A stretch of DNA of 64,000 nt, taken from positions 1 to 64,000 of the forward strand of contig CAXHJY010001552.1 in the NCBI GenBank assembly GCA_964016885.1, read 5' to 3'. Made by a program: the position numbers and the translations under genes. The notes beneath the pieces were generated by a model, which was not told the origin of the DNA, searched no databases, and worked only from the letters and a program-made list of their open reading frames with translations. Source of the DNA: Eledone cirrhosa. Lineage: Eukaryota. This document shows, in pieces, positions 26,925-40,999 of the stretch (positions are counted from its first letter, which is position 1; every line of letters starts with the position of its first letter).

Positions 26925-27118
26925 AACGAAGGAAATGTGGTAAGGAACCAGGTGGACCATAACGCACCAAAGTACTCAATACTTAGGGTAGTAGAGTGGG
27001 TAATAGGAACGAGTAGGACCCCGACGGCTGAACTCAAGCCGTTTCGACGGCTAATTCTGGACTGTCCAGAATTAGCCGTCGAAACGGCTTGAGCTCAGCC
27101 GTCGGGGTCCTACTCGTT

Positions 27119-27121
<3 letters not shown>
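26925..27121 (-). mobile_element. Family A palindromic module
   Basis: Reverse complement of 13727-13920; centre aattctggac-t-gtccagaatt; TA flanks. Confidence 0.88.
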
Positions 27122-27159
<38 letters not shown>

Positions 27160-27447
27160 CCAGCTCTGCGCACCTAACTTCTGCATGAACCCAGCCACCT
27201 AGCTGCTTTCTACTGCATATTGCACATTGAGCACATGCCTTTACGCTTTGGCTTCTAACTAACTCACCAATCTCTCCTCTCATATCTCCTCTACTATCTC
27301 CATCTCTCTCTTTAAGATTGGTTACTCTTGAACTGTGTATATATGTGTATATATATATATATATATATGTATTTACATATATATATATATATATATATGT
27401 AAATATATATATATATATATGTAAATATATATATGTAAATATATAGA

Positions 27448-27478
<31 letters not shown>

Positions 27479-27533
27479 TTACACATTTATATATATATAT
27501 ATTTACACATTTATATATATATATTTACATATA

Positions 27534-27567
<34 letters not shown>

Positions 27568-27748
27568 AATATATATAGATATATATATATATATATATAT
27601 ATATTTACATATATATATATATATTTACATATATATATATATATTTACATATATATATATATATTTACATATATATATATATTTACATATATATATATAT
27701 ATTTACATATATATATATATATATTTACATATATATATATATATTTAC

Positions 27749-27801
<53 letters not shown>

Positions 27802-27812
27802 AATATATTTAC

Positions 27813-27863
<51 letters not shown>

Positions 27864-27888
27864 AATATATGTGTGTATATATATATAA

Positions 27889-27930
<42 letters not shown>

Positions 27931-28042
27931 GTATATATATATATATATAAATGTATATATATATATATATAAATGTATATATATATATATATAAATGTAT
28001 ATATATATATAAATGTATATATATATATATATAAATGTATAT

Positions 28043-28117
<75 letters not shown>

Positions 28118-28119
28118 TA

Positions 28120-28492
28120 CATAAATTTAAAATTTATAAATTTCCGGTTGGTTCGACAGCCGGACGGTTGTTCATATATTGTCAAAGTTTTGTCGTCACA
28201 CATTCTGAGACCTCTTCAGTTACTGGGGATTTTTTTCTTTGTTTTGTGCCTCTCCTTTGTTCAGTCCTACGCCATCTTGTTTTTGTGTGTGGTGTGTGCT
28301 TAGTTTGCGAATGTGTTGCATCCGGGTGTCTGTGTGTGTTTTTAATTCTTTATTTATTTGTTTATTTACTTATTACTGGTTGGTTTTTTGTTCTATGTGT
28401 GTGTGTTTTCATTTTATCCTTAATTGTAAGTTGTGATGTTGCTATTCCATTCATGTTTTCTATTTAATATTGGTTGGAGTTCATTTATATTT

Positions 28493-28495
<3 letters not shown>
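28120..28495 (-). mobile_element. 5'-truncated PLE 3' end (ORF C-terminus [17 protein letters not shown] plus pLTR with degenerate HHR)
   Basis: Close match to 34845-35225; TA flanks. Confidence 0.85.
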
Positions 28496-28583
<88 letters not shown>

Positions 28584-28678
28584 ATTTATATATATATATA
28601 TTTATATATATATATATTTATATATATATATATTTATATATATATATATTTATATATATATATATTTATATATATATA

Positions 28679-28807
<129 letters not shown>

Positions 28808-28826
28808 ATTTATATATATATATATT

Positions 28827-28857
<31 letters not shown>

Positions 28858-29161
28858 TTATATATATATATATTTATATATATATTTATATATATATATA
28901 TTTATATATATATTTATATATATATATATTTATATATATATTTATATATATATTTATATATATATATTTATATATATATATTTATATATATATTTATATA
29001 TATATATTTATATATATTTATATATATATTTATATATATATATTTATATATATATATTTATATATATATATTTATATATATATTTATATATATATATTTA
29101 TATATATTTATATATATATTTATATATATATATTTATATATATATTTATATATATATATTT

Positions 29162-29192
<31 letters not shown>

Positions 29193-29645
29193 AAGTTATA
29201 TTTAAAATTGTTGGGTTACAACTAGTAAATATTTATAACTGATATAAAAGCACTCGACAAATATTTGGAGTATATTTACAATATATATATATATATATAT
29301 TTACATATATATATATTTACATATATATATATTTATATATATATATATATATTTATTTATATATATATTTATATATATATATATATATTTATACAAATAT
29401 AAATTAGCGAGAATCGTTTTCAGCTCAGGAATTAACGAAAATCAACGTCCGATATGTGTGGCAAGCGCTCGATGAATCATATGAATCAGAGCTACAACAT
29501 ATATTTATATATATTTATATATATATATTTATATATATATATATTTATATATATATATATATATATTTATATATTTATATATATTTATATATATATATAT
29601 TTATATATATATATATTTATATATATATATATTTATATATATATA

Positions 29646-29746
<101 letters not shown>

Positions 29747-29791
29747 TTATATATATATATATATATATTTATTTATATATATATATATATA

Positions 29792-29822
<31 letters not shown>

Positions 29823-29855
29823 TTATTTATATATATATATATATATATTTATTTA

Positions 29856-29887
<32 letters not shown>

Positions 29888-29893
29888 TATATA

Positions 29894-29944
<51 letters not shown>

Positions 29945-29955
29945 TTATATATATT

Positions 29956-29988
<33 letters not shown>

Positions 29989-30023
29989 TTATATTTATAT
30001 ATATATTTATATATATATATATT

Positions 30024-30107
<84 letters not shown>

Positions 30108-30116
30108 TATATAAAT

Positions 30117-30414
<298 letters not shown>

Positions 30415-30417
30415 ATT

Positions 30418-30450
<33 letters not shown>

Positions 30451-30477
30451 ATATATTTATATATATTTATATATATA

Positions 30478-30525
<48 letters not shown>

Positions 30526-30554
30526 TATATATATATATATATATATTTATATAT

Positions 30555-30770
30555 AATAAAGTTAAATAAAAGTCAAATGATTAAAACTTAGCTTCGTTTA
30601 TTACTGATATATATATAGCAGTAATAAACGAAGCTAAATTTTAATCATTTGACTTTTATTTAACTTTATTTTACACTACTCCGGAGTAACCAAACCAACC
30701 TGCGCACTTCGTCGATTGCCCCAGCCTGCATACTGAGGTAATGGTATACAACGAACATAAACTCAAAATA
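30555..30770 (+). mobile_element. TA-flanked module with an ~115-bp palindrome (30555-30670); tail copy at ~54045-54172
   Basis: aataaagttaaataaaagtcaaatga...ttactg-(at)n-cagtaa...tcatttgacttttatttaactttatt, followed by actccggagtaaccaaaccaacctgcgcac, which is shared with ~54080-54110. Confidence 0.7.
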
Positions 30771-31295
30771 TATTTATATATATATATATATATTTATATC
30801 TTTCACACACACACACTCAGATACATACACACATACACACACACAGTTACACACACATATATATTTACACACACATATTTTACGGCTTTCTCACGCTAGC
30901 GCACCCTATTGATTTAACCCAATTGGTCAGTAGCTTTTGCCACAGCCTATCACGCGCACGCGCATTCTTTCCCTCGATTGAATTTTTCCCCATAACGGCA
31001 TTCCTATGTTTTAACGACAATACAACTTTCTCCGGCTTAGCCTGTTCCCCCCCCCCCCCCCTTTTGGAACTTTCCCCCGTTGATAGGCGTAAGCCTGAAA
31101 TATTGGGATTAAATCTCCACTACGGTAACCCTTCTACCCTTGTTATATTTTCATTTTCGTTTCTCTCAATTTTCACTTTTCTCCTATTTCTCACTCACTT
31201 CCTACCTCGAGATTTCCCATCTGCATTGTTGTGGCTTTCTAAACTACATATATATTTATATATATATATATACATTATATTTATATATATATATT

Positions 31296-31326
<31 letters not shown>

Positions 31327-31646
31327 TTATATATATTTATATATATATATATTTATTTATATATATTTATATATATTTATATATATTTATATATATATAT
31401 TTATTTATATATATTTATATATATTCATATATATATAAATATATTTATATATATTTATATATATTCATATATATATATAAATATATTTATATATATTTAT
31501 ATATATTTATATATATATATTTATTTATATATATTTATATATATATATATTTATTGATATATATTGATATATATATATTTATATATATATAAATATATAT
31601 ATATATATAAATATATACATATATATAAATATATATATATATATAA

Positions 31647-31677
<31 letters not shown>

Positions 31678-31707
31678 AATATATATATATAAATATATAT
31701 AAATATA

Positions 31708-31741
<34 letters not shown>

Positions 31742-31769
31742 AATATATATATATAAATATATAAATATA

Positions 31770-31803
<34 letters not shown>

Positions 31804-31868
31804 AATATATCTATATAAATATATCTATATAAATATATATATATATATATATAAATATATATATATAA

Positions 31869-31901
<33 letters not shown>

Positions 31902-32058
31902 AATATATATATATATAAATATATATATATATAAATATATATATATATAAATATATATATATATAAATATATAAATATATATATATATAAATATATATAT
32001 ATATAAATATATATATATAAATATATATATATATAAATATATATATATAAATATAAAT

Positions 32059-32106
<48 letters not shown>

Positions 32107-32107
<1 letters not shown>

Positions 32108-34532
32108 ACCAACACCAAGGAGGACACCAAAATACCATAAACCGAAGCATCTCACCAGACATAAAAAACAAAAAATAGAAGAAGAAATAATACATTTTTC
32201 AACCCCCCTTTCAACCTAAACTTCCCATCTGGCCACAAGTACCATAGTCTTATAAATAAAAACACCATTAAAATCTCCTACTCTACCACGCCTAACATAG
32301 CATACCACATAGCTAGTAGCAATAAAAGAAAAATTAATACTTACTTCCAACAAACTAAAACACAGCAGGGGGTAAACCTTCAAAACAACGTAATACCTGC
32401 AAACCCTAATATCAATAATAATAATAGTAATAGCACTAGTGAAAGCAATAACGCTAGGAGCGACTACCCCCATAGCCATAATGCAATACCTAGCAACCAG
32501 ACTTCTACACAACATAATAACCGGCAGGTTAACATCCAAAATAATTGTAACTGTAGATCTAATAGAACCTGCCCTTTAGATAAAAACTGCTTAATCAAGG
32601 AGATCATATACTCATGCACCGTCAGAACTAGCAACTCTTCTGAAACCTATATAGGCTCTACTTCCAACTGCTTCAAAACCAGATACAATTCACACCTCCA
32701 TTCTTTCAAAACCACAGTCTAGCCAACTCCACTTCACTATCTAGCTACATACACTATCTAAAAACTAGAAATAGATCTTATACACTTCAATGGGAAGTGA
32801 TAGGTAAGGCGGCATCGTATAAACCACCTAATAAATTCTGTAACCTCTGTCTTCTAGAGACCCATACTATAATCTTCTCAAACCATAACCTCCTTAATAA
32901 AAAATCGGAAGTGTTTGCGTCGTGCCAGCACCGCTTCCGGCACTCCTTCCAAAACTTTAAACCCAATATATAACATTGTCCGACTTGAACCCATCACCAC
33001 TTCTAACACCACACCTCAAGGGCACACCTTACACCAGAACTCCACACTCTCTGATCCACCCTATCTCAACACAAATCATTCCATCTATCTATAACTTTAT
33101 ACACTAGAAATATCCCCATAAACACCTACTTTTAATATAACTACTTTCAATTACTTATAATTATATAATGATACAATACAGTCTATATAAACTTTAAATA
33201 CTAGATACGGCAATGAATTATTTATGCATTTGTAATTAAATGTATGGAGTGATAACATTGGATATATATAAGATTAATTTATTAACATAAGACATCTGTC
33301 TAACTTATATGTAGGGTGCTGCAATGAATTATATATGAATTATATATGCAAATATATATGCAAGTATAACTTGATGGATAGATTAATGACATTGTAAATG
33401 AGGGATGTATTTGTCTGCCCTAGAGATGTATTTTGATTTTCCATGCAAACAGCCATACGCTGTTCCATAACTTGCCAGGGGTTATGTAGACAAAATTCTA
33501 ATAGGTCCCCTCATATGTTCCGAGAGTAGACTGCATTTACAATGAACTTTGATATAAAGGTATGGCATTTTGTATGGAATATTCAATTGTAGCACTATAT
33601 AATAGGGAGTAATCAACTTAATATAGATACCTTTAGTACATCAGGATAGAGTAGACTGTATTTAAAATTGGAAACTAGATATAAATGTATAACCGTCTAT
33701 ATAAGGGACTCAATTGAGGCGCCTCATAATGTATGTTAGAACAATGAATTTAGTTATGAAATTCGGCTAGTTACCTCCCCTTACGCATTAACTCCCCTTA
33801 ATTACACACATACTTCCGGGTAATAAACCGCTGTAAATTCTCGCAGCAGAATCAACCTATTCTATAAACTTGGATTAAATAACACTGAGTCTCAATAAGC
33901 TAAAATAATTTATTTTAATGCATCAAACATTCAATACGGAATCATCGTTACTTATGTGATGGATGTAGAAACATATCTTACTTTTTCTGAATGTGAAAAT
34001 GATGGTGGATACGAAAACCATAACTTTCTTTTGCTTCTTCTTTTTCTTTTTATTTTTCTGCACACATACTTTTTTTGTTCTATACAAAAAATACCTTACC
34101 ACTACAACCACCATAATACACTTGCTTACCCGCTTAAAGTGCTTGCATTACGTGTAACACCCTGCCACACAATAATAGTATAAAAATGAGACACACTTGC
34201 ATGCTCCATGTGTAACTAACGCATACACTACCTACTAGACCTGAGTATCAAACTATCCTCTTGCATTATCTGTGTTATCTGCCGAATGTATTTTAATTTT
34301 GATTCTGATTTTGATTTTGAATTTGAATTGCTGCACAAAATAGTATAGTATAATATATGCCACTCCACTGTACATCAATATATATATATATGTATCTGTA
34401 TGTCTCTTGCATTGGAAAAGAGGTCAATTATGTGTACAAACATTGAAAAATGGTCCGAAGATTCCAAGCCTAGGTTTGGATGAAACAATCGTAAGTGAAT
34501 AAATGCTTTGAACATAGCTTTGATTCTTGTGA

Positions 34533-34535
<3 letters not shown>
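32107..34535 (+). mobile_element. PLE 3' portion (CNCR-type GIY-YIG lineage) with long 3' UTR and degenerate terminal HHR
   Basis: ~32190 FFNPPF; 32540-32975 NCNCRSNRTCPLDKNCLIKEIIYSCTV...TYIGSTSNCFKTRYNSH...WEVIGKA...CNLCLLE...LLNKKSEVFASCQHR (one frameshift); 34456-34487 cCGAAGA-ttccaagcc.ta.ggtttggat-GAAAc followed by AATAAA and TA. Linkage of the UTR to the ORF is inferred. Confidence 0.75.
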
Positions 34536-34580
<45 letters not shown>

Positions 34581-34666
34581 TATATATATATATTTATATA
34601 TATATATATTTATATATATTTATATATATATATATTTAGATATATTTATATATATTTATATATATT

Positions 34667-34717
<51 letters not shown>

Positions 34718-34722
34718 AAATT

Positions 34723-34752
<30 letters not shown>

Positions 34753-34757
<5 letters not shown>

Positions 34758-36140
34758 ATACTTTGGGAGGGTCATGTTGCCAAGAAGAAACACACGCACC
34801 AGTTGCTTTCACTTCAATTTATTATAATAAATTTATAAATTTAGGAATTTATAAATTTCCGGTTGGTTGGTTGGTTCCACAACCAGATGGTTGTTTATAT
34901 ATTGTCAAAGTTCTTTCGTCACACATTCTGTGACCTCTTCAGTGACTAGGGATTCTTTTCTCTGTTTTTTGTGCCTCTCCTTTGTTCTGTCCTACGCCAT
35001 CTTGTTTTTGTGTGTGTGTTGTGTGCTTAGTTTGCGCATGTGTTACATCCGGGTGTCTGTGTGTGTTTATATTCGTTTATTTATTTGTTTATTTACATGT
35101 TACTGGTTGGTTGTTTGTTCTATGTGCGTGTGTGTTTTCATTTTGTCCTTTATTGTAAGTTGTCATGTTGCTGTTCCACTCATGTTTTCTATTTCATTTT
35201 GGTTGTAATTCATTTATGTTTATTGCCTCTGTGATTTGTCTAAACATTGCCTCTTTTCTGTGTGTAGATTCTATTTTTATTTCTATGTTCTCTAATTTAC
35301 CCTTATGTTCTATTTTAGCATGTTGGTAGAGTACAGATGATTCTTTACTATCTTGAAGGTCTCGCCAGTGTTCATTTATCCGTTCCCCTACACTACGAGC
35401 TGTCTCACCTATGTACATTATATTTTTGTCTCTACATTGTCCTTCAGTACATCTTATGCTATATACTACATTTCTAGTTTTACAGTTAATATGGGGGCTT
35501 AATTTACAGATTATACATTTCTTATCTATACAGAGAGGTCTTTGAAAAGGGTATGTCTTGCTAATAAGTGTTTTTATAGAGGTACCTGGTCTTTCTATTA
35601 TCTTAATATTGAGTTTATGTTTATCTAGGGCCCTTCTAAATTTGTAAGCTAATTCACCTCTAGGGGTTGTATCGATGAACATTACACTCTGGTATTTATT
35701 GCTATCATACCATGAGTTTATTCTATTAGCCTTATTCCTAGTTCTTTCTATTCTATTCCAAAATATGCTCCTATACAAGGGGCAGGTCCCATTTGTGTCA
35801 TTATTTACCATTTTTTCCCATTTGGTTCTGGCTCCTCTATATAGTCTGATCTTATCTCTCTGATTGTAACCAGAGAACTGCATACGGTGGATGAAGTGTT
35901 GTATGTGTCTCTCTAGTTCTTCGGGGTTGCACATACGGGACACCTTTCTCATCACCCGTACCAAATCCGCAATCAGTATGTTGATTTTGGTGTGGTCCGA
36001 AATAGCTGAGTTTCGGTGGATCAGATATTTGGAAATCATGGGTTTGGCATAATGGGAATGGAGGATTTTTTTTTTTTTTGTTATTAATGGTATCTAACCA
36101 GAGCTTTGTGTCTAGTACAGGTAATCGATGGTTTTTACAA
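34753..36140 (-). mobile_element. 5'-truncated PLE (Naiad-like by motif): RT end, thumb, GIY-YIG endonuclease and HHR-bearing pLTR
   Basis: KNHRLPVLDTKLW at ~36100-36138; ORF 35194-36039; pLTR with gtca-CTGAAGA-ggtcaca/tgtgac-GAAA-gaac-TT-tgac at ~34903-34946; terminus abuts (TA)n. Confidence 0.88.
35194..36039 (-). CDS. PLE RT-thumb/linker plus GIY-YIG endonuclease (partial, premature stop near the C-terminus)
   Basis: CIDKKCIIC..NCKTRNVVYSIRC...MYIGETARSVGERINEH...LYQHAKIEH...RQITEAINI contains the GIY-YIG motifs (VVY/YIG, catalytic R and E) with Cys/His ligands. Confidence 0.88.
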   Translation of the reverse strand: MISKYLIHRNSAISDHTKINILIADLVRVMRKVSRMCNPEELERHIQHFIHRMQFSGYNQRDKIRLYRGARTKWEKMVNNDTNGTCPLYRSIFWNRIERTRNKANRINSWYDSNKYQSVMFIDTTPRGELAYKFRRALDKHKLNIKIIERPGTSIKTLISKTYPFQRPLCIDKKCIICKLSPHINCKTRNVVYSIRCTEGQCRDKNIMYIGETARSVGERINEHWRDLQDSKESSVLYQHAKIEHKGKLENIEIKIESTHRKEAMFRQITEAININELQPK

Positions 36141-36167
36141 TTGTATAAGAAATGCTTCTGTGTATTA

Positions 36168-36203
<36 letters not shown>

Positions 36204-36299
36204 AAATAGGCAATTTATATATATCGTAATATAGTAGGTTCTATAAATTATAAACATTGTGAAATATCCTGGAGAAACGATGCAAACAAGAATTAAATA

Positions 36300-36700
36300 T
36301 TTCCTTTTTTGTTTTGTTAATAATATTACCAGGATTCGTAATTATATGAAAGATTTCTTCAATACAGAAATGACAAATTCGTGAGAGTGCCGAGGTTTGG
36401 TAAACCGGCGCATCCGATATTCTTCTCCAAGAGATCGAATAGTCAGTGTTACTGTCTTTTAAAGACCAAATTAATTGTGATAGTGAGGTTGAGAATTTTT
36501 TATCCGATCGTTTAAAAGTATGTTTATGATTATACCAACGCTCCTTAAACTTTTTAGAAGTAGCTCCTATATAGTTATACTGTCTATCAGTAGTTTTTTA
36601 TGGTGCATTGGTATACTAAATTTCTACCTAAGCAATTATTCTGTAGTGGGCATAAGATGTAATTCCTGCAATTACATTTTCTTATATTGTTATTTGAAGA
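36300..36700 (-). mobile_element. Second CNCR-type PLE GIY-YIG fragment
   Basis: Minus strand with one frameshift: CNCRNYILCPLQNNCLGRNLVYQCTIK..YNYIGATSKKFKERWYNHKHTF...TSLSQLIWSLK...SISWRRI...CHFCIEE. Confidence 0.82.
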
Positions 36701-36891
36701 CTTGTAATTAAGGACACAATGGAGACATGCAGACACACTCACAAACTAAACTAACAAAACAAATCAGACTCGCACAGATAGAACAAACAACCAACTAATG
36801 TCAAGTAAATAAACACATAAATAAATAAATAAAAACACACATACCCACGGGTGTAACGCATGCGCAAACTAAGCACACAACACACAAAAGC

Positions 36892-37180
36892 AAGATGGAG
36901 CGGGGAAACCCAAGAAGACCTGGGATGAGGTGGTAAAATCTGACCTTACCCAATTGCTCCTCTCAAAGGCGATGTCAGAGGACCGTGACTTCTGGCGTCA
37001 CGCAGTAATACAGAAGACCCGACTTCCCACGGGTACAAGCCGAAGCTGAAGCATATAGTCAGTATACCACCACCCCTCCCACTGTAGAGTGATCGTGGAG
37101 GTGTCACGGTAAAAGACACCCAGCCCACACTGTAAAGTGAACGGAAGTGAACATGACCCAACGGATCACGGGTTGTCTAG
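36892..37180 (+). mobile_element. RTE LINE 3' end fragment
   Basis: GKPKKTWDEVVKSDL...EDRDFWRHAV matches the RTE C-terminal RGRPxxTW...DR..WR motif. Confidence 0.7.
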
Positions 37181-37354
37181 TATATATTAAAACTCGTCTT
37201 ACGGACTTGAATTGCTATATAACTTGATTATCTTTACCAAATAACGACTACCATGTGTGTGTGTGTGTTGTGTTGTGTCGGGGAATGGTAAACACGGTTT
37301 AAAAGGTACTCAATACGTAGGTAGAGTGTAGGCATTGTTTATTATATAGAAATG

Positions 37355-37402
37355 ATTCCTACAGGGCCAGAACTGTTTCCTTCTTATGAAATCATCAGGA
37401 AT
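37355..37402 (-). ncRNA. Type I HHR (family of 995-1043)
   Basis: attc-CTGATGA-tttc.ataa.gaag-GAAA-cag.ttctggcc.ctg-TA-ggaat. Confidence 0.72.
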
Positions 37403-37621
37403 GACAACTTTATAAAAGTGAAACATTTCTGTAGACGTTATTTCTCTCTATATATAATAAGGATATGTGTGTGTGTCTGTGTATGTGTGTGTATGTATGT
37501 GTGTATTTGTGGGTGTGTGTGTATGTGTGTATGTGTATGTATGTGTGTATATGTGTGTATGTGTGCATGTGTGTATGTGTGTATGTGTGTATGTATGGAT
37601 GTATGTATGTGTATGTATGTG

Positions 37622-39900
37622 TGTATTTCTGTCCTCCTGTGAGCCAATGATGTATCCTTCACATTTCTTGAGCAGAAAGGACAAGGGGTTTAATGACAGG
37701 ATAAATAGTATCACAGAGAGACTGTCTCCCTGAAATATACCCCTGCGATATTTTATTTTATCAGTGAAAATAGAGTCCTCCTTCTCTGTCTTTAACTTTA
37801 GGATAGTAGCCCAAGAAGAAGACAGCTTCTCTGTGGCTCTGATAATAATGTCTGGGGCTTTAGCAAGTCGGAAGGCCTCTATCATGCAAGAGTGGGGAAC
37901 AGAATCAAAAGCATTCCTGTAGTCCAGCCAGACTGTAGCCATATTCCTCCTAAGTTGTCGCACCTCCGCCATTGCAGTTTTGTTGATTAGGAGTTGTTCA
38001 GCACATCCCCCAAATACCTTTCTTTCCAGCTGCTTGTTCATCTGTGATGATGTTATTATTTTCACAGTGATCTTGTAGGAATAGGTTCAGGCAAGCTGTA
38101 TACATCTTATACATCAGGTTCTGACATGCAACAGGTCGGTAGTTTTTTTTGTCAGGTGGGTGTCTTTGTTCTTGGGGACCAGTAATGTTTGTGCTAATGT
38201 CAACCATTCTGGTATAAGTGTATCTCCCTTAAGAACTTGTTGGTAGAAGTTGGTAAGATACCTCCGATAGAATATCAGTTTTTTGTAGCAGTAGCCGACA
38301 ATCATGTCTCTTTCTGGTGTTTTCTTAACTTGGAGTTTTCCTATCACAGTCTCAAGGGTACCCTCACTTATTTCGTATGTTTTTGTTATAGTGTAGGAGC
38401 AATAGTTCTTTTGGATTTCTTTTAGCCACTGCATCTTGGTTGAAATCTTCTTTTCACCCCATATTTTTCTCCAAAAGGAATCTATGTCTTTCTGGGATGA
38501 GGCCACAGTGACACTTATTATTTTGCCCTCTATATCCCTATAGACTGATGTTTGGTTTCGTGTGAATCTTTTATTAAGCACTTTTCTTTCATCTACCCTC
38601 TTCTGGTATCAGCGTTTCTCGCTGACAGCTCTCAATTCCTGTTTGAGGGGGATCAGTTTATATTGAAGAGCTCTGGTTCTACTGTTACCAAACATTGTCT
38701 CTATTTTATTTGTCACTCTTTGTTGGTGAGGAGTGAGGTTTTTTGTGTTGTTTGCATGTAAGGAGCATTGTCATGGTTTTTCGTAGGTCAGCAATCTTTT
38801 TTCTATTTTAGTTGCATATGATGGTGTTTTTGGTGGTGTTTTGTTCTTGTTAATATCTCTGCTATCACCAAGATAATGCTTCACTGTCGTTGCTAAGGCA
38901 TATAAACAGGCGTTGATTTGCCAAAATGTTGGGGTTTTTATCCGACGTAAATATTCATCCCCTATTTCGTCAATAACACGTAATATTTCATTATTTGTTT
39001 TTATATTCAACATTGTCGTTTTAACACGTTCAGCAAGAGAGATATTTATACATGAATTAATTTCTCTCTGGAAGATTTCGTTGAGGGAAATTTTCAATTG
39101 TTTATACTTTTGATTATCATTATCGATAGTATTTTCCGCAATAGTCGAGGTAGACTTGGATGGTACACGTGGTGTCAAATTTCTTCGATTATTATTATTA
39201 TCGATAGTGTTTTCCCCAGCATTCGAGGTAGACTTAGATGGTACACGTGGTGTCAAATTTCTTACAGGCGTAGTTGTTTCAAGGCGCTGTTCGACCTGGC
39301 TGCTAGGAAGTCTAGTAGCATGGCGACCTGTAGCACGTGTTGTTGATCACATATTTGTTGTGAAGGACTTACAATTAATAATATTTTTCTTATTTTTACG
39401 TTCAACAAACGTCGCTTGTTGGCATAATTGTTTCGCTGTGAAATAATTTAGCTCTGGGTGTATTTCGTCCCAGTGTAGCTTCATTCTATTCATATAGCCA
39501 ATGGAGGGGTTGTTTTTTGCCATTTTATAACAATTAAATAAATCACTATTAAGTTCGCAACCCCAAGAGAAATGCGATTTATAATTTCGGTTTCTTCGGT
39601 AGTTACAACTGAATAAAGTTTGATTACCTTCTTTGTTATTTGTCCTCGATACTTCCTTAATTTTGTTGTTGATGTTGTGTTCAGCCATGCTGTTTGTAGC
39701 AAATCCTTGTAGAATGAATTATGTATTTAGTCGGATATCTCTACGAATTTGAATAAAAGGTGTCTTCAGTAGATATAGTTAGAAGAATACCCAGTTATTC
39801 AACCTGACTGTAGTTGTGGCATTACTGTCGGAGATAGTATTCATCTTAAATTTAATAAATAGTCTCCCACACCAAAATATGCGACTGATCGCTTTGACTG
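37622..39900 (-). mobile_element. R4/Dong-like non-LTR retrotransposon, 5' half, frameshifted, 3' part missing
   Basis: N-terminus GYMNRMKLHWDEIHP..TAKQLCQQ; NKRFTRNQTSVYRDI..FWRKIWG; NYRPVACQNLMYK; GCAEQLLINK; WLDYRNAFDSVPHS; RRGIFQGDSLSVILFILSLNPLS. Confidence 0.85.
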
Positions 39901-40999
39901 ACTATATGTGTATGTGTATGTATGTATGTATGTGTGTATGTATGTATTATGTGTATGTATGTATGTGTGTATGTGTATGTGTGTATGTATGTATGTATGT
40001 ATGTATGTATGTATGTATTATGTGTATGTGTGTATGTATGTATGTATGTATGTATGTATGTATGTATGCATGTGTGTATGTGTATGTATGTATGTGAATG
40101 TATGTGTGTATCTGTGTATGTATGTGTGTGTGTATGTATGTTGTTATTTAATTAGTGAAAAACGCGAGAAAAATATTTGAAATAAATTTATTTGTTTTTT
40201 GTGACTGAATATTTTATTTCATCTCATGTAAATAATATACACGTGTGAGTGTATATATATACACACGTGTGAGTGTGTGTGTATATATATACACGTGTGT
40301 ATGAGTGAGTGTATACATATATATGTGTGCGTATGAATGTATATATATGTGTGTGTGTATGAGTGTATACATATATGTGTGTGTGCATAAGTGTATATAT
40401 GTGTGTATATAAGTGTATATATATATGTGTGTATGAGTGTTTACATATATATGTGTATGAGTGTATATATATATATGTGTGTGTATGAGTGTATATATAT
40501 ATGTGTGTGTGTATGAGTATATATATATATATGTGTGTGTATGAGTGTATATATATATGTGTGTGTATGAGTGTATACATATATGTGTGTGTGTATAAGT
40601 GTATATATGTGTGTGTATAAGTGTATATATATATATATGTGTGTATGAGCGTTTACATATATATGTGTGTATGAGTGTATATCTATATATGTGTGTGTAT
40701 GAGTGTATATATATATGTGTGTGCATGCGTTTACACATATGTGTGTGTTTGAGTGCATATATATGTGTGTGTATGCGTGTATACATATATATGTGTGTGT
40801 GTCTCTCTCTCTATATATATAGAGAGAGAGGGGAATAATCGATTAAATATTTGTTTCTACTTTTGGCACAAGGCCAGAAATTACTCCAGTGTATTACTGG
40901 TACTTTATTTTATTCAATTAAATATTGAAGTAAAAGGTCTCAATAACAAATAATGTACTTAATTAGTCACCAGTGTATATCTAATGTTAGAATCGCGTA

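Noticed and set aside
35194-35196. In-frame TGA in the PLE ORF ([10 protein letters not shown]) as possible selenocysteine or readthrough
   Set aside because: The sister copy at ~28460 has TTA (Leu: [11 protein letters not shown]), so this is most simply a nonsense mutation at a non-Cys position.
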